Below are positions 1 to 32,643 of a stretch of 64,000 nucleotides of DNA, piece after piece; position 1 is the first letter of the stretch, and each line of letters starts with the position of its first letter. Both the position numbers and the translations under genes were made by a program. Where the stretch lies: assembly GCA_004431415.1 (NCBI GenBank), contig QPMI01000551.1, positions 170,959-234,958 on the forward strand. The letters run 5' to 3'. The notes under the pieces were generated by a model. That model worked only from the letters and a program-made list of their open reading frames with translations, did no database searches and was not told where the DNA came from. The stretch comes from Cyanophora paradoxa CCMP329 (lineage: Eukaryota > Plantae > Glaucophyta).

Positions 1-19662
<19,662 letters not shown>

Positions 19663-20500
19663 GACCGCGCATGCGCAGAAGAGCAGCTGAAGCGTTACTT
19701 GCAACGTGGCTGGTGCTCGTTTACATCCTCGCATGCTGTCCCGGGGGCCTGCATGCGCAGCTGCGCCGGTACTAGTGCCAGCGAGCGCTGTACATGCATA
19801 TGTATGCGTCGGGCCTTTCCATGGCCAGCGGCTCGAGCTCCCACCGGACGCTGCGCGTCTCCGCTTGCGTACGCGTGTGGCAGTCGCAATCTGATGCATG
19901 CTGCGCCGCCAACTTGCAGCTGCAGCTTGGCAACCCCTGCCTGCAGCTGCTAGATATCGATGGGGGTTTCGCGACCGCAAAAGCTTGTAGCCTAGTAGCT
20001 ATAGCAGCCGCGGCCGCTCAGCGGCTGTAGTCGTGAGCCCGGGCCCGTGGCGGCGGTGGTGTCCGCGGCCGCCGGGCTAGAACTGGCAGCACTGAGCAGC
20101 CGCTGAGCTGCACTGCTGCGCCGCGGCGCACCGGACCGCTGCTAGCGCTGCCTAGGTTGCACCGTTGCAGCCAGGCCAACTTGCAGGTTCAACGGTTGCA
20201 GACTTGCATGCGAACTGCGGCAGTGCAGCGTGAATCTGCTGCGTGATATGCCGCAGTGCGATCCGCCGGGCCGGGCCGGCGCCGCGAGCTCGAGGACGCG
20301 GACGGAATCCCGAGACGTATACGTACCCCAGCCCGAAACATGATCATGAAGTGAACTGGTTCAGTCTGGTTGAGTCGTGACGTCGCTCTGGATCTCGACG
20401 TCACTGAGTCATGATCATGATCACTGCAAAATTTGACGGCCTCGGATCGACGTCCCAACGCCGTGACGTCGACGCTTACAGTGACGCTCACAGAGAGGCC

Positions 20501-20765
20501 TACCGTGTAACACGAAAATATGGCCGACAGATTTACGTCGTTATAAAACTTGACGTCGACCCTTCTCTTGGTGAAATATGACGGCTCCAAATTATGTCGT
20601 CATGAACTTTTCAGGCTTGTATGGGGCGGTAAATTGTATGGGGTACCATGCACTGAGAGTGTCCTACTATGACGGTCCCAAATTATGTCGTTATTTCACG
20701 TCCGAAGCGACATAATTTGGTACCGACATAGTAAAGTGTCCGTCATATTATTGAGTTATCCGGTA
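20501..20765. mobile_element. MITE (TA-flanked, TACCG termini; Tc1/mariner-pogo-like), copy A
   Basis: Left end TACCGTGTAACACGAAAATATGGCCGA versus reverse complement of right end TACCGGATAACTCAATAATATGACGGA. Internal AAATTATGTCG repeats occur in both orientations; central AGGCTTGTAT core at 20613. Confidence 0.65.
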
Positions 20766-21039
20766 GGGCCGTCGCGGCGCTTAAGCGCTGCGCAGCTCAG
20801 CCAGGAGAGTAAGGCTCAGTAAGCCCGGCGGCCTGCGCTGCGCTGGGCGCCCAGTCGGGAGCAGGGCCCCGCTGGCGGGCCGCCCGCGCGCCGCGCCCGC
20901 GGACCACGATCCGGAGCCCTGAGTTCGAAGGCTTCTCAATTATAGAACGCTGCATGTAGAGGAGAATTCGGGCCTGAGAGATAACTACATACACTTGTGC
21001 CAAACATAAACGTCGGCGGCCGCGCCTGCCCGGAGCCGC

Positions 21040-24000
21040 CTAGATCAAGAGGTCCTCGTCCGCCGGGGCCTGGCCCGAGCCGCCCGGCCGCGGGCTCAGC
21101 TTCGGCTGCTGCAGCGACGCAAGCGCAGCCGACGGCAGCGCGCGGCCGCCGCCGCCCGGCAGCGCGGGGCGGAAGCCGGCGGCGGCGGCGGCGGCCGCGG
21201 GCGGGTCTCGGCTCCGCTCCCGCGGCCGCTCCTCGCGCGCGCCGCCGCGCTCGGGCGTCCGCGAGCGCTCGGCGGCGCGCGCGCGCTCCGGCGTCTTGTC
21301 TCTCAGCGGCAGCCTGCGCGCGCGCGCGCGCGCGAGCCGTCAGCACCGCGCACCCCATCCTCATCCGGCCCGGCTCGCGGCGCGCGCGCGCGTACCCCCT
21401 GCCGCCGGAGGGCCCGGCCTCGGGCCCGGCGGGGGGAGGGCCCCGCTCCGCCAGGTCCAGGGACTGGCGCCCGAACATGGAGGGCATGAGCGCGAGCTCG
21501 CCGCCGTTGTCCCCCGCGGAGAAGGCGAAGCCCGTGTGGCCCTTCGTCCCCGCCGCCTTCTTAAGGACCTGGAAAAGTACGCGCGCGCGCGCGCGCCGCG
21601 CGTCAGAGAGCGTCCGGGCGGGCCGGGCCTGGCCGGGCCGCGACAGGGCTCTCACCTTGGCGCGCTCGCGCTCGACCTTCTTGCCCTTCCGCCGCATGCG
21701 GCGCTCCATCTGCGTCACACTCAGGCGCGGGAATGCACGCGGGAAGAGAAGGGGGGGTACCTTGGCCATATAGATGAGCTGGTCGCGCTCCGAGGGCCGG
21801 TAGTTCGTGTTGACGCTGCGCGGCGCCCGTCAGAGGCGCCGCCGCCGCCGCCGCCGCCGGCGGCGGCGATGCTTCGGCCGGCGACGCACTACTTGATGCA
21901 GAAGTCGAGGGTGAAGCAGGCGATGGGCGTGAGGATGAGCGTGAGCCAGAAGGTCGTCGTGCCCATCGCGTGGAAGGCCACCGAGTGCAGGTTCGGCGCC
22001 AGGTGCGCCGCCCCGTCCGTCGAGAGCTGTACCCCGGGGTCGCTGAGAAGGGGGGGGGGGAGACGGCGGGGGTACAGGCATGCGCACGATGGAGACGAAG
22101 ACGATGTATATGGTGAGGGAGCCCCACATGCAGAGCTGCGCGCGCCCGTCGGACCGAGCCAAGGACGAGGGATGGCAGGGGGAGGGGGGTACGTGGATGG
22201 GCCAGGTCCAGGAGGTGATCATGATGCCGAGCTTGAGCGTGACGCACAGGATCAGGTTCGAGTACACGACGAAGCCCATCTGGGAAGGGGCGTCAGGCGA
22301 AGAAGCCGAAGAGCGGAGCCGAGCCGGGCGGGACGGGGCGGGGCGGGGCGGGGCGGGGCGGGGGCGGCGGGGGCCGACCTGCCAGAAGCCGTGCTCCCGG
22401 CCGCTGGTCTCCGAGCTGCCCGTCGTGTAGAACGGCAGGAAGAAGACGAACTGCCCCCGCCCCGAGTGGCGTCAGGGCGTGAAGCGTAGGCGGCTCGACT
22501 TGGCCTAATACTTCTACAAATCTTCTTTGCCGCGCCCGGCCGCGGGGCGCACCACGGAGTGGAAGACGCCGGTGGCGAAGGAGCCCCAGAACTGCTTCGT
22601 GTTGAACTGCGCGCGCGCGGGCGGGCGGTCGGTTGGTCGGTCGGGCGAGGTCGATGGCGCGGGCGGGGGCGGGGGCGGGGGCGGGGGCGCGGGCGGACGG
22701 CGGTGTGCTGGGCGCCGCGGGCGTATAGCTCGGGGTACTGCATTGCGAGCTCGAGGTTCGAGTCCTGGTCGAGCGTCGCGACGGCGATGATGGGCCACGC
22801 CGTGAAGAGCGTGTTGTACACCGCCGTGAACCACCCTAAGCTGGCGCGTCAGGGGGCCGTGGAGAGGAGGGAGGCGGGGCGGGGCGGGGCGGGGCGGGGC
22901 ACCATCGAAGAGGGTGGCGCCGGAGAAGGCCGAGTGCACCGTGAACCAGAAGAGGCAGGAAACCATCACCACGTTCTAAGGGATCGATGAGAGGCTCGAG
23001 GGAAGGAAGGACGCACGTTCGTTGGGGCGGGGTCTAGGCCCACGCACCTTGTAGAAGCAGTAGAGGACGAGGCGGGTGACGCGCTTGTAGGACCAGCGGC
23101 CGTGGACGAGGAGGAGCCGCTTGAGGAAGCGGAACTGGGCGATCGCAAAGTCCGAGGCGAGGACGGCCTGCATGCCCTCCTTCCCAGAGATCCCCACCCC
23201 GATGTGCGCCGCCTGGAAGGGATGAGCCGGGGGAAGGGCGGGGTAAAGTTAAGCTTGCTGGGAAGACTACCTGGATCATGCCGACGTCGTTGGCGCCGTC
23301 GCCGATGGCGAGCGTCGTGGCCCGCTCCACCTCCTGCGCGCGCCCGCCCGTGAGCTCTTATCGGATCCGTCCAACCCTCCATCTGATCTGATCTGATACC
23401 TTGACGAGAGTGACGACGAGGGCCTTCTGGAGCGGGGAGACGCGGCAGCAGATGACCGTCGCGCAGAGGCGCCCCAGGTCCATGAACCGCCGCCGCGTCT
23501 GCGCCCCGGCCTCAGCAAGGCAAGGCACGGAGAGGAGGGAGGGAGGGAGGAGGAGGATTCTCCAACCCTCTGACTCCCTCTCAAGGAAGCCATCTACTGT
23601 CCTCCAGCCGCTTGAAGCGGCCTTCTTCCTAGCCGCTCGAAGCCTCTTCCTAGCCGCTTGCTAGAGTCTCCAGGGGAGTGCGGGGGCTGGCGGGGCGGAC
23701 CTTGCCCTCGAGGACGTAGGTGAGGGTGTGCCCGTCGATGACGAGCGCCAGCGTCTCCTTCCCCGCCAGCGGCGCGTGCTCCCCGATCGCCTGCGCGGGG
23801 AGCAAAAGGCTCAGCTGGGCGCCGGCGGGGCGGGGCGGGGCGGGGGGGGGAGGAGGGGCGGAGCGGACTTCCTCGAGGGCCTTGAGCGCTTTCTCCTCCT
23901 TATCCTCGTTCAGGATGACCGTCTGCGCAGAGAGAGAGAGACATCAGAGGAGAAGGGTACAGCGGAGTACGGGGCGCGCGCGCGCGCCTTCATGGTGTCG

Positions 24001-27000
24001 TCGAGGAGGCCGCAGGAGTAGCCGATGTTGATGGCCGTCTCCTGCTTGTCGCCCGTGAGCACCCATATCTTGATCGAGGCCTTCGCCAGCGAGACCAGCG
24101 CCTGCGGCACCCCGTCCTGCGTGCGGCGGCGAAGGAAGGCTCAGGTCGGTCGCCCGGGGAGGAGGATCGCTTGCTCGCTCGCCTGGAGGCGGTCCTCGAT
24201 GGCGGAGGCGCCGATGAGCTCGAGGTCCTTCTCGATGCGCTCCGACACCTCCTCGATCTGGGGGGTACGGCTTCAGCCCTTTCATCGCTCTGCCCCCGCT
24301 TCCTCTGCGCCCCCCGCCCCGCACCCACCTTCTCGTCGCGGCCCTTCAGCATGCAGGAGGCGGCGTTGTAGGCGCGGGACCACTCCTCGTACTCCTTCTC
24401 CGTCAGATCCCGCGCCGCGAAGCACAGCGTCCGGAGGCCGACCGCCGCGAACTTCTCAAGGTGCTGGGCGGGCGGGGCGGGGGTCAGAGGCGGTGGTCAG
24501 GGGGGAAGAAAGGGGGGCGGGCACCTTCTGGGTGACGTCCTTGAGGGGGTCGCCCGCCTTGAGGCGCGCGAAGATCATCGTGTCGGCGCCCTTCGTGAAG
24601 ATCTTGAGCTTGCCTGCGCCGGCGCGCGCGCGCGCCGGTCAGACGCCCGGGCGCCGCAGACGCCGAAAACGAGACGACGCCGGAAACGGCGTACCCTTCG
24701 GGTCCCGCACGACGGTGGACATGCGCTTGCGCGTGGAGTTGAACTCGAGGACGTTCAGGATCTGCACACGAAGGTTGGCGCGTGCCCCTCTTCCGGGGCG
24801 GGAAGGGTTCTCGGCGCGCCTGCCACGTCTCCGTCTGCCCGTTCGCCTCGATCTCGACTGAGTCCGGCGTGCGTTTCTGCGGTGAGGCACCCGGCGCTCA
24901 AAAAGCGGTACCCCGGCGCGGAGAACGCCTGGAAAGGGCTCGCCAGGAACTTGAACCCGAGGTCGCGGCCGCCCTTGACGAGGGCCTCCTCGTCCGGGCT
25001 CGACGCCTGGTAGATGATCCCTGCAGGGCCGTCAGTCAGCAAGGCGCCCTCGCTCAGCTCAGCTCAGCGGGGCCGTCCGTTCGCTTTGCCCCGACCCGCC
25101 CGACGCCCCACGCACCGTCCGGGTTCTTGGCGCGGTCGTTCTTCTGGTCCTTCTCGGGGACGACCGTGTGGCAGACCGCCAGCATCGTCAGGAACTCGCG
25201 GACCTGTCCACGGGAACGAACGATCAGAGTGCGCGGCGGAGGCGGAGGCGGGGCGGGGCGGGGCGGGGCGGCGCGCCTTGCGGCCGTTGGAGGCGGAGGA
25301 GCCGAGGTCGGCGAGCAGGCGGGGGTCGTCGAATCCGTACTTGGCCTGCGGTGGGCGGGCGGGCTCGGGCCGGGCCGGGCCGGGCGGGGCGCAGATCTAG
25401 CCAGGAAGGGCGCACGCTGCTCGTCGTCGAGTTGGCGGGCGAGGCGCCGGGCCCCGGCGTGATCGAGGAGGTCCCAGGGGTCTGCGGGGGGCGGTTGGCT
25501 GGCTCGGGAGGGCTCTGGGGGGGCGGCCGGGCGCACGCGGAAGTCGCGGAGAGGCACGGAGGAGGTCCCGTCGGCGGGCGTGTGGCTCCTGCAGGCCGGC
25601 GGCGTGAGGCGGCGTGGGGCTGCGCGTCGCCCGAGAGCGAGCGACAATACCGCGCACCGGCTGCCGTGGTGCGTGCCGCCGCCCTCCTCGTCGTCTGCCC
25701 CGCGCCCCGCGTGAGCCCGAGCCCCGCGCGCCGAGCCGAGCCGAGCAAGGCCGTGCGGACCGTCGCTGTGGTCGCCGTGCTCGTGGGGCTCCTCGCCCGC
25801 GCCCAGGCCGTACCGCACCCCGCCCACCTGCGCGCGGGCCCTTGAGCCGCCGCCGGCGCCCGCGGCGGGGCGGGGCGGGCAGGGGCGAGGCGGGGGGCAC
25901 CGTGCAGGCCATGAACTGCATCACGTTGCGCGTGAGCGTACCCGTCTTGTCCGAGAAGATGTACTGCGGGGGCGGGCGGGCGGGCGGGCGGGGGTCAGGG
26001 CGGGGCGAGCGGCTCGAGCGGCCCGGGCCCGGGCTGGCCGGCTGGCCGGCCGGGTGGCTTGCCTGGATCTGGCCCAGCTCCTCGTTCAGGTTCGAGGTGC
26101 GGGCCTTGGCCGGCGTGTCGCTCTCCACGTCGTACATCTCAAGGTCCCACCTGCGAGCCGGCCGTGAGGACGAGACAGCGCGATCCAGGGGCCCCAACTA
26201 ACTAAAGGGAAGCCGCGCCCCGCGCACCCGATGAGCATGCACTGCATGACCTTGACCATCTCGAGGGAGACGTAGAGAGAGATGGGCACGAGACCCGAGA
26301 AGACGATCACGAAGGTGAAGAAGTCCTTGACCGTCGACGCGATCGAGGTCTGCGGGTCGCGGGGGCGGGGGCGGGGGTGGGGCTGAGCGGAGGGGAGGGG
26401 ACGAGGAGGCGGCGCGGTGCGCGCTCGCGCACGTTTGCGGCGTTCATGTTGAGGGGCCACATGTGGTTGCCGCGCCCCTCCTTGAACTGGTGCGAGAAGA
26501 AGCAGCAGCCGGCGGCAAGGCCCAGCAGGATAACGAAGACGAGCATGATCTGCGGACGCGGCCCGTCGGAACGTGGGCGGGCGGGCGGGCGGGCGGGCGG
26601 GCGGGCGGTGCAGCGGACCTGGCGGGACATGATCTTCTCGACATTGGTGGTCTTCTTGGGCTTGTCCCGCGAGTTCATCATCAGCCTCGTGTCGTTGCCC
26701 GTGTAGATCGCCAGCCCCGAGATGTTCTCCGTGTTGCGCAGCTGCGCCCCGCGGAGCAGCAGCGAGTCGACGGCGACGGGGAACTCCTTGCTCCCCATGA
26801 GGAGCGACCCCGAGAAGGTGTAGAGCCGGTCGTTGGGCGGCTCGCACTTGATCGTCGCTGCGGGGCGGGCGGGTCGGGCGCCGGTTGGACGCGGCGGAGG
26901 CGGCGGCGGCGGCGGGGCGGGCGGCGCACCCTTCAGCGTCTGGAGCTGCGCCTCGCTCATCATCTCGCGCGTCTCCTTTACGCTCGTCTTGATCTTCAGG

Positions 27001-28333
27001 TTCGTCTCTCTGCGCGCCCGCCCCGTCAGCCGACCCGAGAGCGGGCCGGGGAGGCGCCCCAGGCGCACGCACCCGTCGAGGTTCGCCGTCTCGATGTAGC
27101 ACGTCCCGTTGGGCCCCGTGCTCGAGAGCATGATGAGGTCGGAAGGGAAGTACCTGTGGGGAGCGGCTCAGGCGGGGCGGGAGCGCGCGGCGAGGCCGGC
27201 TCCCGCTCACTCTCCGCTCTTGACTTGCACGATGTCTCCGACGACGACCTCGTCCCACCGCACCTGCCGCGCCGCGTCAGCTGCAGATGAGCGAGAGCGG
27301 CGGGCGGCGGGCGGCGGGCGCGGCTCGCCTCTACGAATCGATCCCCGCGGAGCACGCGCGTCCTGGTGCTGTTCATCTCCTTGTCTGAGTTGAACCGTTT
27401 CTGGGCGGCCGGCGCGCGTCAGCGCGCGCCGCGGCACGCGCGCCCGGCCCCACGCACCACGTCCTCGATCGCCTCCTTGATCATGGAAACGAAGACGACG
27501 AAGAAGAGCGCTGCGGGCGCGGCGCGTCGGCCTCGCGCACGGCCCAGCGCTTCGAGCCAGCGCTTCGGCCCCGCGCACCACAGAGGGTCGAGTACTTTGA
27601 TGCGCCGACGAAGGGAGTAATCTCCGGCGTCGCACCCATAGATCCGACGACGAGGAAGTAAAAGTTCTGATCGCGGCGCGGCACGGGGTTAATGTGACGC
27701 AATCTACGTCGTCGCGGCATGCGCACCGCTGCTCGCGTGAACTGCTGGAACAGCACAACGGGTATAAAGCTCCAGAAAGTGTACTTTGCGGTGGAAATCT
27801 GGCGGCGGGCGCGGATCAGGTCCGTAGCTAAACTTGCGGGCGGCGGAGGCGCCGCCAGCGGCACGGACGTAGTTGGTGATGAACTTCTTCTTGCGATTCT
27901 CTTCCGCGTTGTTCGTGTGCACGTACCGCGCGTTGGGATCCACGGCTTCAACCCCGCTCGCATCCCCGCTGATGGACACTTGTCGGCGCTTCATTGCGTT
28001 CGCCGCGGTGATCTGCGCAACGGAAAGTCAGGCCGGCCCGGGTTGCCAACGACCCCGAGCAAAGCCGCGGTACGCCCGTGAACGTCGCAACGCGTCGGCG
28101 GCGCACACACGGCGCAGCGCACCGCACGAGCGACACTCTTGAACTTCTTGCCGCGCTCGAGAAGTTCCGACGCATCAGGAAGGTAGGAATCCACTGTTAT
28201 GGCGTGCGATGATGTGAGAGGTTCGTTTAAAGCGATTTCCGGGCCGCGCACCCGCATTGCCCTGGAAGGCACTCTTCAGTGCCCCCGAAGGCGTGAACGA
28301 GCCTCCCGTGTCGAAGATGTCGCTCTGCATCAT
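21040..28333 (-). CDS. P4-type ATPase (phospholipid flippase, DRS2/ATP8/ALA family), ~40 exons
   Basis: Spliced motifs: FITNY|[15 protein letters not shown]|[32 protein letters not shown]|[11 protein letters not shown] (phospho-Asp), [27 protein letters not shown]|[67 protein letters not shown]. The start (MMQSDIFD...) and the C-terminal end are approximate. Confidence 0.95.
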
Positions 28334-28649
28334 CTTGATCCTGCTATGCTATGCCGCTGCTGCGGCTGCGGCACGAACAGTCGAGCCTGCTTCAGATGCG
28401 CGCGACCCGTGCTGTCTGGGCGAAGCGGTGCGTCGCGGCCAGCGCACGCTCTGCCCGCGCTTTTCGACACCGGCGTGCCGCTCTCCTACGCGACCCTCGG
28501 ACGATGCTAGCCGGTTCTTCGAGTCGCGCGTACCCCCCCAGCCAACCTTGAACCTCCGTTGAACCTCGTTGCACCTCGCCACTGAGTCGCCAGATCGACA
28601 GCGCTGCTTCTCTCTCAATTCTGCACAGGGAGCTGCCGGCTCCGCGGCG

Positions 28650-30808
28650 ATGGAGGCCGGGCTGGAGGCGACCCTCGACGCGCTCCTGACCGGCGCCTAC
28701 ATCTGGCACCCGGGAGCGAAGGCGAGTCGATCCGAGCACCGCATGCGCGTGATCTGACCCGAGCAGGCGCCGCATGAGGCGCCGCGTACACCCGGATCGA
28801 GCGGCGGGGCGGGGGCGGACGCGCTCGCGGCGCTCCTCGCGCTGGAGAGCCACTACTACAACCTGGCCTTCCATCAGGAGGGCGGCGGGCAGACCCAGTA
28901 CGCGGAGCTCGCGGGGGCGCTCGAGCAGGCGGCCGCCGAGCCGCGCGTCGACCGGGCGGCCGCTGCGGCCCTCCAAGACGCGGCGCGGGCCTCCCACGCC
29001 CGCGCCGTGCTCGTCGCCACGTGCGATCGATGCAGCCAGCGCGCGCGGCGCCGGCCTCGCGTCCGCTCACCCCGCCCCGGGCCCGCAGGTACGCGTCCCT
29101 GGGCGCGTCCGCCTCGCACGCGGCGCCGGCCGCCGACCTGCGCGCTCTCTGCGGCGCCCTCGACGCCGCCGCCGCGCGCGTCGCCCCCGCCGAGCGGCCC
29201 GACGGCGCCCTCGCCGCCTTCGCCTCCCGCGTCCGGTGCCGCCGTTCCCCTCCACCCCCCCGCCAGCGCTACCGTACCCCCCATGACGCCGCCCTGCCCT
29301 GCAGGCTCGAGGCCGCTTCGCTGCGGGCGATCCTCGATGCCGCGGACCACGTCGCCTCCTACCGATTCCTCGTGAGCGGCGTACCCCTGCCGGTCGCCGG
29401 GTACGCCGTTTCGAGCCGCCCCCCGCGCAGGAGGCGGTGGTGGGCCTTCAGAACGCCTGTGGGGCGCTCGAGGCGTGGTCTGCGGCGCTCTCCTCCCGGC
29501 CCCCGGCGGTGCGCCGTACCCCGCGCCCCTCCTTCCCCCTTCCCCTCTCAACATCCTCCCCCAGGGCCCGAAGGAGAAGGGCGGTGCGCCCCCGGTAGCT
29601 CTCCTCTCCCTCCAGTGGTCCGCGTGGGGCCGCGTCCGCGTGCGCAGTACCCCCCCTCGCCCTCCTCCCCAGCACTGCTCTAGAACGTGTACCCCCACAG
29701 TCGAAGGCGGCGGCTTACTTTCACCGCTACGTGATTGCCCCTCGGGAGGAGGCTCTAGCGGCTGTCTCCCGTACGTGTACCCCCCTCTTTCTGTTGTGTA
29801 CCCTCTGAGCGGGCTTCCCGCAGCGCTCACGGCGGCTGCGGCGGCCGCCGCTTCGGCCGTTGTGGCGGGGGCGCCGGCGCCGGCGCAGGCGGCGGCCCCC
29901 GGGCCGGCCCCGCGCGCCGCGCCCCAGCCGCGGCCAATGCACCTCGCAAGCACGCTGAGCGGTGCGGGCCGCCGTCTCTGCCGCCCCCGCCAGTCCGACC
30001 CGAGCTTCGTTCGCAGGCAACTACGGATCCCTCCCCCTCCCGGCACCTCCCCGCCCCCGCCCCCGCCCCGGTCGCCCCCCCCGCCTTCGGCCCCCTCCGA
30101 ACGGACCCCGACCTCGTATCCATGTGCACCCCTGCCCACCAGAGAATCAACGTACCCCCTGACCCCTGCACTTGTACCCCCAGGCTCGAGAGCGTCGGTG
30201 CCAAGCTCGATGCGATCTTCATTGCCCTCGTACTGGATTCGGCTGAGGTACCCTGGTGCGAAATTGTACTCTGTATTCGGAGCGGGTTTTTTAGAGTATG
30301 CCGTTCCCCGCGCCGCTCACCCCCCTTCCGCCCCCGCAGCTACCACGAGGAGGGATACCGCGTCTGCGCGGACTGCGAGGCGCCGACGGGCCTGCGCTCG
30401 TACCCATGCATCTTCCTGCATCCCGCCAGGACCTCAACGACGGAGCACTGGCCCACCGTAGTGTCTCTCTTGCTGGTCCGCCGCGCGCTCGCACCCCTTC
30501 CCAGCGCGCCCTAAGCCCGGCCGCAGGAGCAGCGCCGCTCCAAGGCCGGCTGGGGGGGCACGCCCTTCTCGTACCACGAGCCCAAGGCGCAGGCGAGCTA
30601 CATGCTGGCGCGCGTGGAGCCGGCTGTCTCGCTCGTGGCGGCGTGCCGCGGGCAGCGCCGCGCCGCCGAGCGCGCCGTCCAGGAGGCGCTGGTACCCCTC
30701 CTGGAGGCTCTCCGGCTCGTCGACATCTTCCGGCGGCTCGCGCGGCGCCCCGCCGGCGCCCCCGCCTCCGGCCCCGCCGGACCCGCCGGCCTCAACTTTT
30801 CCATCTGA
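28650..30808 (+). CDS. KICS2: KICSTOR subunit 2 (C12orf66/DUF2003) homologue
   Basis: The spliced C-terminal part KLDAIFIALVLDS...GYRVCADCEAPTGLRSYPCIFLHP...EHWPTVVSLLL...SYHEPKAQASYMLARVEPAVSLVA...LRLVDIFRRL matches the recalled C12orf66 pattern (APKGVDQYPAV..P..HWPNVI...FYDDKVQSTYFLTRPEP). N-terminal LLALESHYYNLAF fits the family. Internal exons are uncertain. Confidence 0.75.
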
Positions 30809-31123
30809 TCTGAGCCATCTGAGTTGAACGGGAGGCTATGCTCTACCCGGTAGCGGGGACGGCCGGCCGCTCGGCGAATCTCACTCTCATTCACATTTAC
30901 ACAAGTTCTCTAATTACACATGCCAGCTCGTGTAGATACTAGCAGATTGAAACGCTACATGGGATCCTAGCGCGAAGGGCCTACATGCTACAGGCTACAG
31001 TTAAAACCTGGGGGCCGGGAGCGCGGCCCCGGGTCCCCTGAAAGCGGGGCCCACAAGTCTCAACGATGGAAAAAGAGCTCAAGCTGGAAAGAAGAAGAAG
31101 AAGAAGCAGAGGGGCAGCCGCGC

Positions 31124-32478
31124 CTAGGTGGAGACAGAGGCGTTCATGGTGCCCACGCGGCGGAAGAATGAATCCTTTACGATGGGGCGCCGCGCGTGCG
31201 GCGAGGGCTTCATCTGAGGTCAGGTGAGCCGTCTGAGGTCGGATGCAAGGGGCGGGGAGGCCGCGAGGCGGGGGCGCACCTGGGCGGAGACGGAGGGCGC
31301 GTCCAGGCCCCACCCGATCGCCGAGCTCGCGAGCATGTGGTGCCCCGACGAGTACGACGCCAGCGGGTCCTGGGGGAGGGGGAGGCTTAGAGGGGGGTAC
31401 AGGCGCAGCAAAGGGAGGGGTACGCGGCACCTTCTTCGGGGAGGTGTTGGGCGAGGCGTTGTTCATGTGGCGGCAGAAGAAGACTGCGGCGCGGGGGCAG
31501 GGTGAGGCGAGGCGAGGCGAGGCGCGGGGCGGGGCGCGGGGCGGGCGCCCGGGGCGCGCACCGTCGCGAGAGCACTTGGTACAGTAGTCGCGCTTGTTGC
31601 GGATCGTGTCCAGGATGTCGTACGTGTACGTCGGCTCACGGGCCTGCCGGCGGGGGGCGCGTGAGGCGCGGCGCGCGCTCGTCCAAGGGTAGGGCGCACG
31701 GGCTCAAGCTCCGAGGGGTCCCACTCGTCCTGTCCCATCGACTTCCCGACGCGGCCTCCTTGCGCAGGAGCTCGCGCAGCTGCTCCGCCGAGATCGTCAT
31801 CGTGTACTCGTCCCGCCGCGGGCTCGTGCTCGTGAGGAACCCCAGCTTCTTCTCCCCGTTCGGCTTGAAGCGATCCACGTACGGCTCGCCCTGCGCGGCT
31901 GCGTCAGCCGCGGCGCGAGGCGGCGGCCGGCGGCGAGGCGGCTCGCATTGAAGAGGACGTTGTAGTTCTCGGCGAACAGGCCGTCCAGCGTCTTGCCCTC
32001 TTTGGGCGCGGTGACCTTGAACTGCTTGCCCTTGAAGCGCTCGTCTATTTTCTGCGAGGGAGGTCAACACGCGGGCAGCCGCGCGAGGCTAAATGCGGGC
32101 GCGCGGCGCCCCAAGCTATTTCGGTGCCATTGCTCTCCGAAGCTGCAGAGCTCAAGCTATTCGTCATACAGACGCTGTTCTTCAAGGGGAACTTTTCTCG
32201 CTCAAAACCCCGAACGCCGTGACGAGCAAGTTTGGCGAGGAGGGTCGGCGAGCGACAGGCGCACCTCGCGCTGGCCGTAAGGATCGCCTATCGTCGTGTA
32301 AGTTGGGGCAGAGAACAGCCCTAGTGCGTGGGCCTGCGGACGCCGCATGCGGTCAGACCGTACCGGCAAGGGCCGGCGACCCTTAAAACGGTCTAGAGGA
32401 GCCACTGCGCCTGCAAGGTGCCAAAAACGCGGCACGCACTCTCCGCGCTTCGTCCTCGGTCTGGACCTTGATCGGCAT
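31124..32478 (-). CDS. Flagella/cilia-associated protein, CFAP96/UPF0602-like N-terminus (copy 1)
   Basis: Spliced: LGLFSAPTYTTIGDPY...RFKGKQFKVTAPKEGKTLDGLF...GEPYVD...GFLTSTSPRRDEYTMTISAEQLRELLRKE...RRPIVKDSFFRR. The GLFS..Y.TIGDPY motif resembles CFAP96-type ciliary proteins. Copy 1 has a 1-bp indel near 31752 relative to copy 2. Confidence 0.55.
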
Positions 32479-32643
32479 GGCTTGTTCTGCCTAGGACGCC
32501 AACCTACTGTTGTTCTCAGGTTCCTGTTTCGGTGCTGCTGGTTGTCGCTTTGGGCGCGTGCTTTCTCAGTTACTGTACCCGGAAGAGAGACGGGTGTACC
32601 CAGTCGGCGCTGATGGCCTCCTCTGCGCTGTCGCTGGCCGCGG

